A stretch of 64,000 nucleotides of DNA from the NCBI GenBank assembly GCA_009602735.1, contig WELA01002856.1:62001-126000 (forward strand), given 5' to 3'. Positions 36,005-49,800 of the stretch are shown in pieces. This stretch comes from Mesotaenium endlicherianum (lineage: Eukaryota). Below the pieces are notes generated by a model. That model ran no database searches. It was not told where the DNA came from and worked only from the letters and a program-made list of their open reading frames with translations. Each line of letters starts with the position of its first letter. The first letter of the stretch is position 1. Both the position numbers and the translations under genes were made by a program.

Positions 36005-38983
36005 TCCAGTCTACTGACTGTGAGGATGCTAGAGATAGTGAGTCGTCACTAGCTGCCCTCGTAGCAGGTATTATGGGTCCTGCTGAACTGGATTCACTAT
36101 GCATGCCTGACAACCAGATAAAGGAGACCATCAGCAATATAGACGTCCAGAGAGTGCACACTCTGGATGCTCTTGTTCCACCTGATGTCCAACATTTCTT
36201 TGCTACGTCAGGAGAACAATGCGAAAGTCAGGAAAAGACAGTCCCCCCTATCCTACTGCATTGCATGATTGCAGGTAGGAAGGTGAGGGCATTTGTTGAC
36301 GGAGGGGCGTCACATACTTTTATCCACAAGGACTTAGTTAAGCGGCTAAGGCTGCCTACTGTCACCCAAGGGAATAGAAAAATATTCCTTGGAGATGCCT
36401 CAAGTATCCCGGGAGGAGTTATAACCAAGCCTATTGAGGTCCAGTTAGGTTCTGGCATTGCAGTTCTAACTGAAACGCTTACATTTGAGGTACTCAACAC
36501 TGGCTTTTATGATCTCGTGCTAGGCAGGTCCTGGCTTAATAGACATCAAGCTGAAGTGTGTTGGAGCAGAGGTACAGTTAAAGTGAGAGGAGCCAGTGAT
36601 GGGCAGACTGACTTGGCACCCACCAGTGCTCTTCCTCTTGTCCTGTGTGGATGGCAAATGAAGGAAAAGAAGAGGCTTCCAGAAGGATGCAAGTTGCTGA
36701 ATGCAATGGAGTTCGTCAAAAGCTGGAACCAGAAGGAAGACAGAATGTTCTGTCTGCTGCTAAGAGAGGTACCTCCTCAACCTGAAGAAGTGGTTGAGAA
36801 AAAGGTACACCCTCCGGAACACCCTACTGCTGCAAACATTGTTGCTCAGTACACGGATGTGTTTAATATGCCTCCAGGACTACCCCCTAAGCGGGAAGTA
36901 GATCATAGGATTGATTTATTACCTGGTAGCCAGCCACCCTGGCAACGCACGTATGGCTTGTCTTATTTGGAGAGTGAGGAGTTGAAAACACAGATTGCAG
37001 AGCTGGAGGAAAATGGTTACATTTCTCCCAGTAAATCACCGTACGGCGCACCTATCCTATTTGTTAAGAAAAAGGATGGCAGTATGCGGATGTGTGTGGA
37101 TTACAGAGCCCTGAACAGAATTACAGTAAAGAACAAGTATGCTTTACCCAGAATCGAGGACTTGCTTGATACCCTGTCTGGCGCTAAGGTGTTCAGTAAG
37201 ATAGATCTCAAGAGTGGTTATCATCAAATCAGAATTGCTGAGGGGGATGAACACAAGACTGCTTTCCGCACACGTTATGGACACTATGAGTTCAACGTGA
37301 TGCCATTTGGACTGACTAATGCTCCTGCTACCTTTATGGGTGCTATGAATGACATTTTCAGACCTTATTTGGATAAGTTTGTGCAAGTTTTCCTGGATGA
37401 TATTTTAATTTTCTCTAAAGATGAAGCTCAGCACACTGAACACTTAAAGAAAGTGCTGGACACTCTGCGGAAAAATCACTTGTATGCTAAAATGAGCAAG
37501 TGTGATTTCTTTAAGGAAAGTATTGAATTCTTAGGCCACGTTGTCAGTAAAGAGGGCATCAGTGTGGATCCTAAGAAAGTCCAGACCATAAGGGACTGGC
37601 CAGTACCACAGTCTGTCTCTGAAGTTAGATCCTTCCTCGGGTTGGCTAACTACTATAGGAGATTTATTGAGAATTATTCCACAAAGGCCAGTAAACTGAC
37701 TGACCTTACTAAGAAAGACATCGGGTATGTGTGGGGGGAAGAGCAGCAGGCTGCCTTCCAGACCCTTAAAGATGCCCTTTGTTCTGCCCCAGTGCTAGCC
37801 GTGTATGACCCCAGCAAACCGGTGCAGGTGGTTACTGATGCCTCTGACTTTGCCATGGGTGCTATTTTGTTGCAGCCTGCTGACAAAACCACAAAGGATG
37901 GTAAGGTACGGCAGGAGTGGCATCCTGTGTTGTATGAGTCTATGAAATTTAATCCAGCGGAGATTAATTACTCAGTGCATGATAAAGAGCTGCTAGCTAT
38001 CATTCATGTACTCAAACAGTGGAGAGCATACTTACATGGTAAAGCTTTTAAGGTGATTACAGATCATCTAGCTCTGACCCACTTTCAGAAGAAGTCCAAG
38101 CTGTCGAGGAGGGAGAACCGCTGGAGCCAGATGCTGGAGCAGTTCCAAGTCCAGATCGACTACAAACCAGGGAAGTTGAATCCTGCTGATGCACTCTCTA
38201 GAAGACCTGACTTGCAAGAAAGGAACTTTAGTCAGCATGCTGTAGATAAAGTCCTGTGTGCACTCACTTCACTAAAGGTGAAAAAGTCCTTCCTTGAACA
38301 ACTTAGGAAAGCCTACCTTTCTGACCCAACATTTGAGCCCAGCCCCACCACTAGTATGTGTCGTGCTACCGCACTCAGGTATAAGCTCAAGGGAGGGGTC
38401 TGGGTGACTGAAACCACTTCAAGCAGGCTGAACCTGGTCATTCCTAATAACTTGGAAATAAGGTCTCTCTTACTGAGTCAAGCTCATGACAGTCTCCTGG
38501 GTGGACATTTGGGGCAGGCCAAAACTGTTGGCAAACTGGCAAAACATTATCATTGGGAGGGGTTACCCCGGGAGGTCTTGAAATATGTCAAGTCCAGTGA
38601 CCAGTGTCAGAGGAATAAGTCTCGGCACACACCACCCGGAGGTCTCTTGCAACCACTGCCCATCCCAGCTGGACGCTAGGAAACAATATCCATGGACTGG
38701 GTGGTCACACTGCCACGAACTGCTAATGGGCATGATTCGATATTGGTAGTCGTGGATGAGACCGGTCCCCGCTGTCAGGGACGGCAACTCTGACGAATAT
38801 GAGGTTGAGGAGATTTTAGACGCGCGCTCGGTCCGTCGATCGTCTAAATATGTCATGAAATACCTCATTCGATGGAAGGGTCACGATGCCTGTGGGAACA
38901 CTTGGGAATTTAAGAACCATTTGACCAATGCCAAAGGGGCGTTGAAACGGTTCCACCTTCGGGCGGCTGGAGCCCCTCCATAA
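35959..38983 (+). CDS. pol: Pol of B1 (PR-RT-RNaseH-partial INT, chromodomain), in the -1 frame relative to gag
   Basis: [45 protein letters not shown]. Stop at 38679 and integrase core deleted at ~38757. Chromodomain [19 protein letters not shown] at 38790-38950. Confidence 0.92.
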
Positions 38984-39299
38984 GTGTCATTTCAGTTGAC
39001 ACGGAAAGGTGACAGGCGGTCCTGTCTCCATTTAAGTTGGAGGGGAAAATATATGACAGTTAGTGAGCGAGAGCGATAAAGGGACAGTTACGTGAATCCT
39101 AAGTGTCAGCAGAGTGACAGATGGGACAGCCTGGCCCACATAAAACACCTTGGGCTGAAGGAAAAAGGGCCTCGCACAGCAATACATCACTTAACTCACC
39201 TTAAAACACATTCATACGTTTATGTTTAGCGCACCGCGACTACGTCAACTTTTAGCAATCACCCTGTAAGGTAAACAGGAGCGAATCCACCATACTATT

Positions 39300-41054
39300 A
39301 TGAACATACTTCCTGCCTGCAATCCCTATGACAAAGGTCGATATCCTACTAACTTGTGCCCTGGTTACATGTACAGGATGGCTCCCACCACACAAAAGGA
39401 GGACAGAAAGCGCAAGGCAGAAGAAGCCAGGAGGACAATGGAGCAATACCAGAAGGAGCTGGCGGCGACGTCCCTCACCAGGAGAGAACAAGAAAGGGTC
39501 CGCAAACAACAAGAGGCGGCAGAAGAGGCACAGAGGAAGAAGGATCAGGAAGCGGAAAACCTCAGGAAGGCTGAGGAGGAGAGACAGAAGAAACAGCAAG
39601 AAGAAGCGGCAGCGGCAGAAGAGGAGAAAAGAAAAAAGATTGAAGCGGACAGACAGAAGAGCTTGGCCACTTACAGGTATACTGTGGTGGGTGGCCAAAA
39701 CTTCGATAACCTGAAGGAAGCATTGCTGGCAGCCCAGGAGATCAACAGGCTGGAACAGACAACACTGCTACAGAAGGAAGGAGCTACAGCACTGGACAGG
39801 TACATCGAGACACACACCGGCGTGGTCCTTTACGAAGATTATGCTAAGATGGTGGGCTATACAGCAGAGCAGGCCCGGTATCTCGCAGATGATTCAGAGG
39901 ACAAGCCGGTCCCCATACCGGGAATAGTGGGAGATCAGAGACTCATCCGGATGGTGAGCATGCGGCCCGATAGCTTTAAGGATACGGTATTCTACCTCAC
40001 ACTCCTGCCAGCTTACAATGAAGTTGAGAGAAGGAGCTGGGAGTACTTGGCCAGGGAAGCAGGACAGCAGATGTTCTCTCCCCACTGGTTCCCGTGTAAA
40101 CTGAGGAAGGCTGAGCACGGACCCCAGTACTACCAGCAGCCAACAGACTGGAGGTGGATGACCGTCACAAATAAGAAGCAGGAGTGTGACCGAGCCCAAC
40201 CGGATGACTTCCACTATGGCCTAGACGGCTATCTCATCCTACCACCTCACATTGCCCCTTGGGACCCCAGGCTGAATGGATGCCTGAGCAATATGAATGC
40301 AGAGACCAAGGAACATAGGAGGAGGGGAAGAGACTACTTCTCTAAGGGAAAGCATGCCTTTGTCAAATGGGCAAAGAATGCAGGCCGGATAGATATCAGT
40401 AGGCTGAAGGCCAAGCAACCTCCAGCGCGCCCTAAGAAAGGGAGGTCGGTAGACTACTCCATGTCTACTAGGGAGCAGGACGACTTAGTGGACGAGACCC
40501 CTACTCTCTCCGAGGAGGAGGATGAGGAGGATGAGGAAGAAGAACAAGGCAGAGGAGAAGCATCAGCAGCAGGTACTCAGGATACCCAGGGACAGGCAGT
40601 GGCACTTCCTAAAGAACCACGATCAGGTGTGTGGAATGTGATCCCCGTTATGGCGACAACTGGACCCCGCGCTCGCTCCCCCAGCCCACCTGCCCAAGCA
40701 GGGGAAGAAGCTGATCTGACTGTACTGGGCAGCAGACACAGGCAGAAATCCCCAGAGGACAGGGGTGCCAGAAGAGGGACACGCGGGTGGGCCAGAGGTA
40801 TGCCAGCCTCCCCCTCCGCTCAGGGGCATGTACCTCTAGCCAATGTATTTCAGCATCCTACTGGAATGCCTGTCTATGTGGGAATCAACACCCAAATAGT
40901 TGAAGAGCAGGCCACCATCCTCCGTTCTCCTCGAGGGCCAACTTTAGAGCAAACAGGGTTCTTTAGAAGGCCAGCTGACAGACCTAGAGGGCTGTCCAGA
41001 TCTAGGTCCAGATCTCCGTCCCCTGATCCTGAAGCCCCAGGAACCACCCCTTAA
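39300..41054 (+). CDS. Extra 584-aa ORF of unknown function between pol and the 3' LTR of family B
   Basis: Intact in B1, disrupted in B2 (46462-48150). N-terminal E/K/R/Q coiled coil, globular middle domain, acidic and RS-rich tail. No obvious transmembrane segment. Confidence 0.8.
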   Translation: MNILPACNPYDKGRYPTNLCPGYMYRMAPTTQKEDRKRKAEEARRTMEQYQKELAATSLTRREQERVRKQQEAAEEAQRKKDQEAENLRKAEEERQKKQQEEAAAAEEEKRKKIEADRQKSLATYRYTVVGGQNFDNLKEALLAAQEINRLEQTTLLQKEGATALDRYIETHTGVVLYEDYAKMVGYTAEQARYLADDSEDKPVPIPGIVGDQRLIRMVSMRPDSFKDTVFYLTLLPAYNEVERRSWEYLAREAGQQMFSPHWFPCKLRKAEHGPQYYQQPTDWRWMTVTNKKQECDRAQPDDFHYGLDGYLILPPHIAPWDPRLNGCLSNMNAETKEHRRRGRDYFSKGKHAFVKWAKNAGRIDISRLKAKQPPARPKKGRSVDYSMSTREQDDLVDETPTLSEEEDEEDEEEEQGRGEASAAGTQDTQGQAVALPKEPRSGVWNVIPVMATTGPRARSPSPPAQAGEEADLTVLGSRHRQKSPEDRGARRGTRGWARGMPASPSAQGHVPLANVFQHPTGMPVYVGINTQIVEEQATILRSPRGPTLEQTGFFRRPADRPRGLSRSRSRSPSPDPEAPGTTP

Positions 41055-43887
41055 GGTGACAGGCTGAAAAGATAGTCAGTAAGGGAGGCTGGTCAGGGTC
41101 AGTTTCTTTATTTAAAGCTTTTGCAGTTTAATGTTGTCGAGGCGACAACAAGTTAAGTTGGAGGGATTGTAATGAATCAGTATATTAGTGGATATAATAT
41201 TCATTTAAATATAATAGTTAATTAAGTTCAGCCTGCTGAACTTTAGTTAATAATCAGTCTGCTGGACTTTACATAATTATCAGTTTAATGACTCGGCCGA
41301 AAGCAGCAGGCTGAAGTCAACTTAAGTCAGCTTGCTGACACATTCTTTGACAGCCAGCTGACTTCCGTACTCGGTAGCAGCGAACTGCCTTGATATGCAT
41401 CTAAGTGCGATATGCTAGATGAATGGCCAGATGACATCCCTATGATGGATGGCTATTCGGGATGATGGGAGATGGCGGTGGATTTGGTTAACCGAGGTCC
41501 TACCAACGTGGTTAACTCCCGGGTAGGCGGTGCCATCGCACTGACCGTTGAACAGTAAACTCATTCCATGTACATATGCTAGGCATTGCCCTCGAGTTCG
41601 GCATTCGGAAACGAGGCCAACTCTCTTGTACAGCTTACTGAGAGAGATCTGAATCCAAGGCGAGAAGCCATTGATACGCACTGTCTTCTAACCTTGCTTA
41701 TGTTTGAGTTTACTGATTTGCATCATTGATGCTAGGTTACTCGCATTTGACTTACGAGTATTATTCCTTGCTAGGGTATTGTCCTTTGCCGTTTAACCAG
41801 TTAACGGAAATACCATAAAGATTACTTGCTGATATAAAGATCTTTATTAAGTATTAATCGCCTATTTGGTAAGTCAATTCATTTCACGTATTTGGGACGT
41901 TTTCCTGATTACCTAAAAACGTTATGCTATTTATCGATATATTAGTTGATAAATGATTGCATCTTGATGAATTAATTGACACAAGCATGTGCCGACTAAT
42001 TCTTGGTCGATTGGCAAAACGACCAAGATGCTATTGCAAAAAGCATCGTGAAGTAACTCGATTACTTCGCAATAGTACGACATAATGAATCATAACGTTA
42101 TCTTGATTGATTATGAAGGAAAAAATAAATTATTCAACGACTAATTAACTTATTATTGTCGCGCCTGCTATACACTTGACGGTGCCGCACGCGCAGCGCA
42201 AGTCACGACCGCCCAGGTATGGAAAGTCAGCGTTGACGCACCGACCAAAAGACTGAGTTATCTTAGTCAGGGGTTATGTCAAAGTCGTTATCACTGTCAA
42301 AGTGGTCACGACACGTCAAATCCCACACCCAGGGATGGATGGGGATTTGGACGGAGTAGTCAGCCAAAAGGCTAGGGACCTGGAACCAGCAATGAGCCAG
42401 ACCAACAAGTGCCAAGATACTGATCAATCGGCTAGCTAAACCAAGTACAGCAGGGATGTTGCAGAGGCGTTGTGTGCCACCTTGGTTAAGACCCTCAAGT
42501 GACTAGCCACGGCTTGAGCGTTCATCTCAAACGCTGCCAGCCGCCAACCACATAGGCATGATCGCCAGCTGAAGGGCTAAGCAGTCACGCGCAACAGTCA
42601 CAAGGCGTGCATGCATACTGAGTGACAATTTACGAAGCTGTTTGAGGGCTGCTAGGTAAGGACGGCATGCAAGCTAGGCGCGGTGACTAAGCACTGGCAT
42701 TCTCAAGAGAGGATAATGTGTGGTGCTTGTGAAAGGCACGAGACCTGCCTGAAGCTGCCTCATTCTTGCTCGCATCGTTGTCAAGAAAGTTGAAGGAGCA
42801 CAGGTACAAAAGGAAAGGAGAAGAAGGAGCGCGAAGAAGAAGGAGTTTCCAAGGCCACAGAAGAGCCAAGACGCCACGCATCTGCCGACGCTGGAAGATT
42901 TCTTCTTAAGTATATCATAGAAAGGTTAGACCTCAACAGTTTCCAAGAGGGGATCTCGCTGGTAGAAAGTAGAGAGCTGGCAGGAGATTAGCACAGATTT
43001 GGGTCAAGCACCACAAGCGTGCGAAAGCCACTTAAAATGGTGAGTACTGCGTTAGTTTCCAAGTTCTCGGAAGTCTCAGTTGTCGAATTGCTGATAGCAA
43101 GAGTAGTATTAACAAGTAAAATTCTCAGTGAAGAACTGAGTGAACCCAGCCAAGCACTGAAGAACTGTTAAGGCGCGATGTTGAGTGAAGAGCTCAGACC
43201 AGGCCAGCATAGATGTGCAATTTCAAAGTTTTGTAAGCTGTGACTTCGTGAAAGTTAAGCGAAAGTCTTGAAGGGCGATTTTCTCTGAATCTGGCATTGC
43301 CTGTTAAGCTGCTTAGACGTGATTTTTGCAAACTACAAACTTGTTCAGTCTGTAAACCCTCAACTTGGGCGAAAGCCTGTATGGAAGTAAGACGCTTCTG
43401 TCCTACTTCTGAGAACTTGAGTTGATTTGTTCAGGTGAACAAGCATTCCCAAGCCAGTTGGAGATTGAGGCCTGTGAAGGCTGCCGGTGTTTACCCGGGA
43501 AGGGGACCCGGAGAAATTCAACTGTATATGCGGTTGAGAAGTGGAAAACTCTTCCAGCATGTGGAGCCTGCAGAAGGTTCTGACTCTAGCCAGAGTCCAC
43601 AAGGAAGTGAGACGTCTGAGCATACTGACAACCGATGGAGTGAGCAACCGTCAAGAGACGAGTCTCGCCATATCTCCGCAAGCGGTGAGAACCCACATAA
43701 CACACGAGCCTTTGCACCTGATTCGGGCAGAGAGCAAGATTTGTGGGGTAAAGTCAGTTAGTCTTGGTCACCGTTCAGAATGACCGATGATGATGGGGAT
43801 GAAAATCCTAAGTTCAAGCTGTCCGCAAAGTGTTTTAGCGGACGAACCAGTGGAAACGGTCTCACTTTTGAAGAGTTTGATGAGATC

Positions 43888-46800
43888 TGTAAGATCATAG
43901 GTTTATAAAGTGCATTGTTGAGTTCCTTAAAAGTATGTTTTGATTCCTTAGAAGTGTAGATTGCATTTTTGTGGTCATTTTGATATAAAGTTCATCGAAT
44001 TTGGTCAAGTATTGAGAGGATTATGGATTTCCAAAATATCATTAGTTTTGAGGTCGGTTGACGACTGTCCTTAATTCGCGGTGAGCGCGACCGTCGGATT
44101 GACCGACAGCGTCGAGCGATCTGGCCCGTTAGAATGAACTCAAACCTTCACGTAAGTTCGGCTAACGCGGAGTGCCGACTAGGTCGATTTACCTAGAAGT
44201 TTCGATTTAGCCTAGCGCGTCTAAGGTAGAATATTCTAGTAATGTCGATGCCTGTATGTGGACGTCACTTTGGCCCGATACGTTTGATGAGACTGATCTG
44301 GCTTGCTCACAAATATTCTGGAAAAGACGATTTGACGAACACTTAGGAAAACTCGTAGCTTCCTCCTAGGGAGGAGCACTTAGGCAGAAAATTATAAATA
44401 GGTATAACTTCTTTGTTTCTAATCAGTAAATTTTTACGGGTTTGTAATAACAAGGCCTTTCATCCTAGTACATTTGTGAGCAGTTTCTTGTTACTCAAAA
44501 TGTTGAGTATTTTTCCTAAGCTTTCTTAGTGATATGCCGCTGCACTCTTTAGTATGATTGCAAATAATTCCTTTCCTCGTGAGTTACTACGCTTCCAATA
44601 GGGCACTCTGCCCCTTTCATCTAGTATCGGAGCTGGGCTAGTTTGCATATATATTATGGAGTCGCAGTCGGCAGCTGGAGGAGGCAAACATGTTGAGCAT
44701 GTTGAGCGCGCGGGGCAGCAGGCAGCACCAACAATGACCAGAGAGCAACAAGAGATGCAGGCGATGCTAAGGCAAATGGCAAATGCAATTGGAGGAGAAG
44801 TCTACACCCAGTTTCAACAAAATATGCGCGCGGAGGTGGAGAGAATGCTGTGAGTTGTTGTTGGGAACGCCGCTTCGACGAGTTCGGCACCTTCACCTGT
44901 TGTGCCACCAATTCATGTTAACCCAGTGGTGCAACCAGTTATTCCATCCGCATCGGGAGTGCGTGCGCCCAAGCCTGAAGTGTATACTGGAGAGCGTGGA
45001 TCGCCGCCTGTTCATCAATGGATTTTTAGAGTGAAGAAGCTTATGGAGTATTCTGCGCTCACGCCCGACAGCCAAGTCGACTCTGTGATTACTTTGCTGA
45101 AGAAGAGTGCTGGAGCTTGGTATGAGCGACAGGAGCAGCTGTCTGGAAATCCTGCTACTATTGGTCAGCTATTTGAAGGCTTGAAGAGGCAATTTCAACC
45201 TATTGCACCCGAAGCTACCGCTCGAGATCTATTGGTGCGCCTTCGTCAACGAGGAAGCGTTCAAGAGTATGTATCGCGCTTCAACGACCTGGTGCTTCAA
45301 TGTCCATCCATGCACGAGTTGGAGATGATGGACAAGTTCAAGAGGGGACTCAAGCCAACTGTGGCCAAGGAAGTGGCGCTCAAGGACCCTACCAGTCTTG
45401 GAGAAATAATGGCATTGGCAACAAGGGTCGACGCTGTGAAGTATAGTCAGAGGCAGTGGGGCAGCCACAACTTTGGAGGTTATCAACACTTTGGATCACA
45501 AGCGCCAAGCACGAGTGGTCAAGGTCCAGTACCTATGGAGTTGGGACTTGTGCAGTACCAGCGCAGGCAGCAGAATTTCAAGCCGAGAGGATTGAAATGA
45601 ATCGACTTTCCAAATAGGCGATTAACAATTAATAAAGATCTTTATATCAGCAAGTAATTTTTATGGATTTTCCGTTAACTGATTAAACGGCAAAAAGACA
45701 ACACACTAGCAGTGAACAACACTCGTAAGGCGAATGCGAGTAAATTAGCATCAATAATGCAATCAGTAAAACTCATACATAAGCAAGGTTAGAAGACAGT
45801 GCGTATCAATGGCTTCTCGCCTTGGATTCAGATCTCTCTCAGTAAGGTGTACAAGAGAGTTGGCCTCGTTTCCGAATGCCGAACTCGAGAGCAATGCCTA
45901 GCATATGTACATGGAATGAGTTTACTGTTCAACGGCCAGTGCGATGGCACCGCCTACCCGGGAGTTAACCACGTTGGTAGGACCTCGGTTAACCAAATCC
46001 ACCGCCATCTCCCATCATCCCGAATAGCCATCCATCATAGGGACGTCATCTGGCCATTCATCTAGCATACAACACTTAGATGCATATCGAGGCAGTTCGC
46101 TGCTACCGAGTACAGAAGTCAGCTAGCTGTCAAAGAATGTGTCAGCAAGCTGACTGAAGTGGACTTCAGCCTGCTGCGTCCGGCTGAGTCATTAAATTGA
46201 TATTAAATATACAGTCCAGCAGACCGATTATCAACTAGAGTTCAGTAGGCTGAACATAATCGACTATTATATTTAAATGAATATTATACCTACTAATATA
46301 CTGATTCATAACAATCCCTCCAACTTAACTTGTTGTCGCCTCGACAACATTAAACTGCAGAAGTTTTTGGTCAGGGGACTGAACCTGACCGGCCTCCCCC
46401 ATTTACTGCCTCTTCAGCCTGTCGCCTAGGGGGTTGTTCCTGGGACTTCAAGATCGAGAGATTAAGATTGAGATCTGGACCTAGATTTGGACAGCCCTCT
46501 AGGTCTGTCAGCTGGCCTTCTAAAGAATCCCGTTTGTTCTAAAGTTGGGCCTCCAGGAGAACGAAGGATGGTAGCCTGCTCTTCACCCACTTGGGTGTTG
46601 ATCCCCACATAGACAGGCATTCGAGTAGGATGCTGAAATACATTGGCAAGAGGTACATGTCCCTGAGCGAAGGGGGAGGCCTGCATACCTCTGGCTCACC
46701 CGCGTGGCCCTCTTCTGGCACCCCTGTCCTCTAGGGATTTCTGCCTGTGTCTGCTGCCAAGTACAGTCAAATCAGCTTCTTCCCCTGCTTGGGCAGGTGG

Positions 46801-49800
46801 GCTGGGGGAGCGAGTGCGGGGTCCAGTTGCCTCCATGACCGGGATCACGTTCCATATACCTGATCTTGATTCCTTAGGAAGTGCCCCTGCCTGCCCCTGG
46901 GTCTCCTGAGTACCAGCTCCTGATGCTTCTCCTCTGCCTTGTTCTTCTCCTTCCTCCTCCTCATCCTCCTCTGAGAGAGTAGGAGTCTCGTCCACTAGGT
47001 CGTCCTGCTCCCTGGTAGACATGGAGTAGTCTACTGACCTCCCTTTCTTAGGGCGCGCTGGAGGTTGCTTGGCCTTCAGCCTGCTGATATCAATCCGGCC
47101 TGCAATCTTCGCCCATTTGACGAAGGCATGCTTTCCCTTAGAGAAGTAGTCTCTTCCCCCTCCTCTTGTGCTCTTTGGTCTCTGCATTGACATTGCTCAA
47201 GCAGCCATTTAGCGTGGGATCCCAAGGGGCAATATGTCAGGTGGTAGGATGATGCAGCCGTCTAGGCCATAGTGGAAATCGTCTGGTTGGGCTCGGTCAC
47301 ACTCCTGCTTTTTGTTTGTGACGGTCATCCACCTCCAGTCTGTGGGCTGCTGGTAAACTAGGGCTTTATTTCTCAGTTTACATGGGAACCAGTGGGGAGA
47401 GAACATCTGCTGTCTTGCTACCCTGGCCAAGTACTCCCAGCTCCTTCTCTCAACTTCATTGTAAGCTGGCAATAGTGTGAGGTAGAATATCGTATCCATA
47501 AAGCTATCGGGCCGCATGCTCACCATCCTGATGAGTCTCTGATCTCGCACTATTCTCGGTATTGGGACTGGCTTGTTCTCTGAATCATCGGCAAGATACC
47601 GGGCCTGCTCTGCTGTATAGCCCACCATCTTGGCATAATTCTCGTAGAGGACCACACCAGTGTGTGTCTCAATGTACATATCCAGTGCTGCAGTTCCTTC
47701 TCTCTATAGCAGTGTTATCTGTTCCAGCTTGTTGATCTCCTGGGCTGCCAGCAATGCTTCCTACGTGTTACCAAAGTTTTGGCCACCCACCACAGTATAC
47801 CTGTAAGTGGCCAAGCTCTTCTGCCTGTCAGCTTCAGCCTTTTTCCTTCTCTCCTCCTCTGCCGCTGCCGCTTCTTCTTGTTGTTTCTTCTGTCTCTCCT
47901 CCTCAGCTTTCCTGAGGTTTTCCGCTTCCTGATCCTTCTTCTTCTGTGCTTCTTCTGCCGCCTCTTGTTGTTTGCGGATCCGTTTTTGTTCTCTCCTGGT
48001 GAGGGACGTCGCCGCCAGCTCCTTCTGGTATTGCTCCATTGTCCTCCTGGCTTCTTCTGCCTTGCGCTTCCTGTCCTCCTTTTGTGTGGTGGGAGCCATT
48101 CTGCACATGTAACCAGGGCACAAGTTAGTAGGATATCGACCTTTGTCCTAGAAGTTGCAGGTAGGGAGTAAAGTTGTATTAGTATGGTGTATTCGTTCCT
48201 GTTTACCTTACAGGGTGCTTGCTAGGAGTTGACGTAGTTGCGGTACGCTAGACATAAACATATGAATGTGGTTACAGGTGTGTTAAGTGACGAATGGCTA
48301 TGCGAGGCCCTTTGTCCTTTCGCTAAAGGTGCTTTATGTGGGCTGTCCCCTCTGTCACTGTGCTGACACTTAGGGTTCACATAACTGTCCCTAACTGTCC
48401 CTTTCTCGCTCTCGCACACTACCTGTCATATACTTTACCCTGCAACTTAAATGGAAGACAGGATCTCCTGTCACCGGCCCGTGTCAACTGAAATGACTGT
48501 TAAGGAGGTGCTCCAGCCGCCCGAAGGTGGAATCATTTCAACACCCCTTTGGCATTAGTCAAATGGTCTTTAAATTCCCAAGTGTCCCCAGAGGCATCGC
48601 AACCCTTCCTTCGAATGAGGTACTTCATGACATATTTAGACGATCGACGAACCGAGCGCACGTCTAAAATCTCCTCAACCTCATATTCCTCAGGGTCGCC
48701 GTCCCGGACAGCGGGGACCGGTCCCGGTTGGACAAGTAACGGACCTGTGGACAGTGTATCACCTTTGATGTAGGGTTCCAGGAAGGAGACATTAAAGATC
48801 GCATGACCCTTGTATTTTGGCTGACATGTTCAGTTTGTAAGCGTTCTGACCGACACGACGCACCACCGAATATGGACCGACCCAGACAGGGCCAAGCTTT
48901 TTCTTGACCACACCAGGGAGGTACAGGTGCTGAGAATGCAGTTTGACTAAATCGCCCTTGGAAAATGTCAGCTCCCGACGGTGTTGATAGTGTATTTTTG
49001 TTGGTTTTCTTGGGCTTTGTGCAGGTTTTATTGGACTTCTGACAGGGTGTTAGCAAACTCCTGAGGTAACTGGAGGGAGACCGGATTGTCAATCTCTTCA
49101 GGGTCAGTTAAAAACTCCCCCAGTACATCTGAAGGAGACTTAGGGGCTCTACCCAAGCTGAGTTCAAAAGGAGTTTTGCCCGTTGACGTGTGCACCGCAC
49201 TGTTGACCGCAAAGTGGATTTGAGGTAACAGGTCATCTTAATTATCTTGTTTTTGGTTAATATAGGCTCTGAGTACTTCCTGCAGAACTCTGTTAGTTCT
49301 TTCAATCTGCCCATTAGTCTGAGGGTGGTTTGATGTGCTGAGCAGCTGCCTAACTCCCATTAACCCCATTAAAGCCCTCCAGAACTTAGAGGTAATTTTC
49401 GAGTCTCTGCCTGACATCATATTAGAGGGTAGCCCATGTTGGCATACTACATGGTTGTAGAATTGTCTCGCTGTTTCGAGTGCAGTTACTTTGACAATTG
49501 TGGGGATGAAAATGACCATTATTGTCAGTTTATCCACGACTACCAGTATCGAATCATGCCCATTGGCAGTTTGTGGCAGTGTGACCACCCAGTCCATGGA
49601 TATCGTTTCCCAGCGACCAGCTGGGATGGGCAACGGTTGTAAGAGGCCCCCCGGTGGTGTGTGCCGAGACTTATTCTTTTGACACTGGTCACATGACCTC
49701 CCGAGCAAATCCCTCCCAATGATACTGTTTTGCCAGTTTGCCAACAGTTTTGGCCTGCCCCAAATGCCCACCCAGTAAACTGTCATGTGCTTGACTCAAT

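Larger units (their letters stand above)
33772..41886 (+). mobile_element. Chromovirus-type Ty3/gypsy family B, copy B1 (both LTRs, integrase core deleted)
   Basis: LTRs 33772-34491 and 41168-41886 (TG..CA, very similar). TSD CGTAT on both sides. PBS TGGTATCGGAGC (iMet-like) at 34493-34504; PPT immediately before 41168. Confidence 0.96.
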
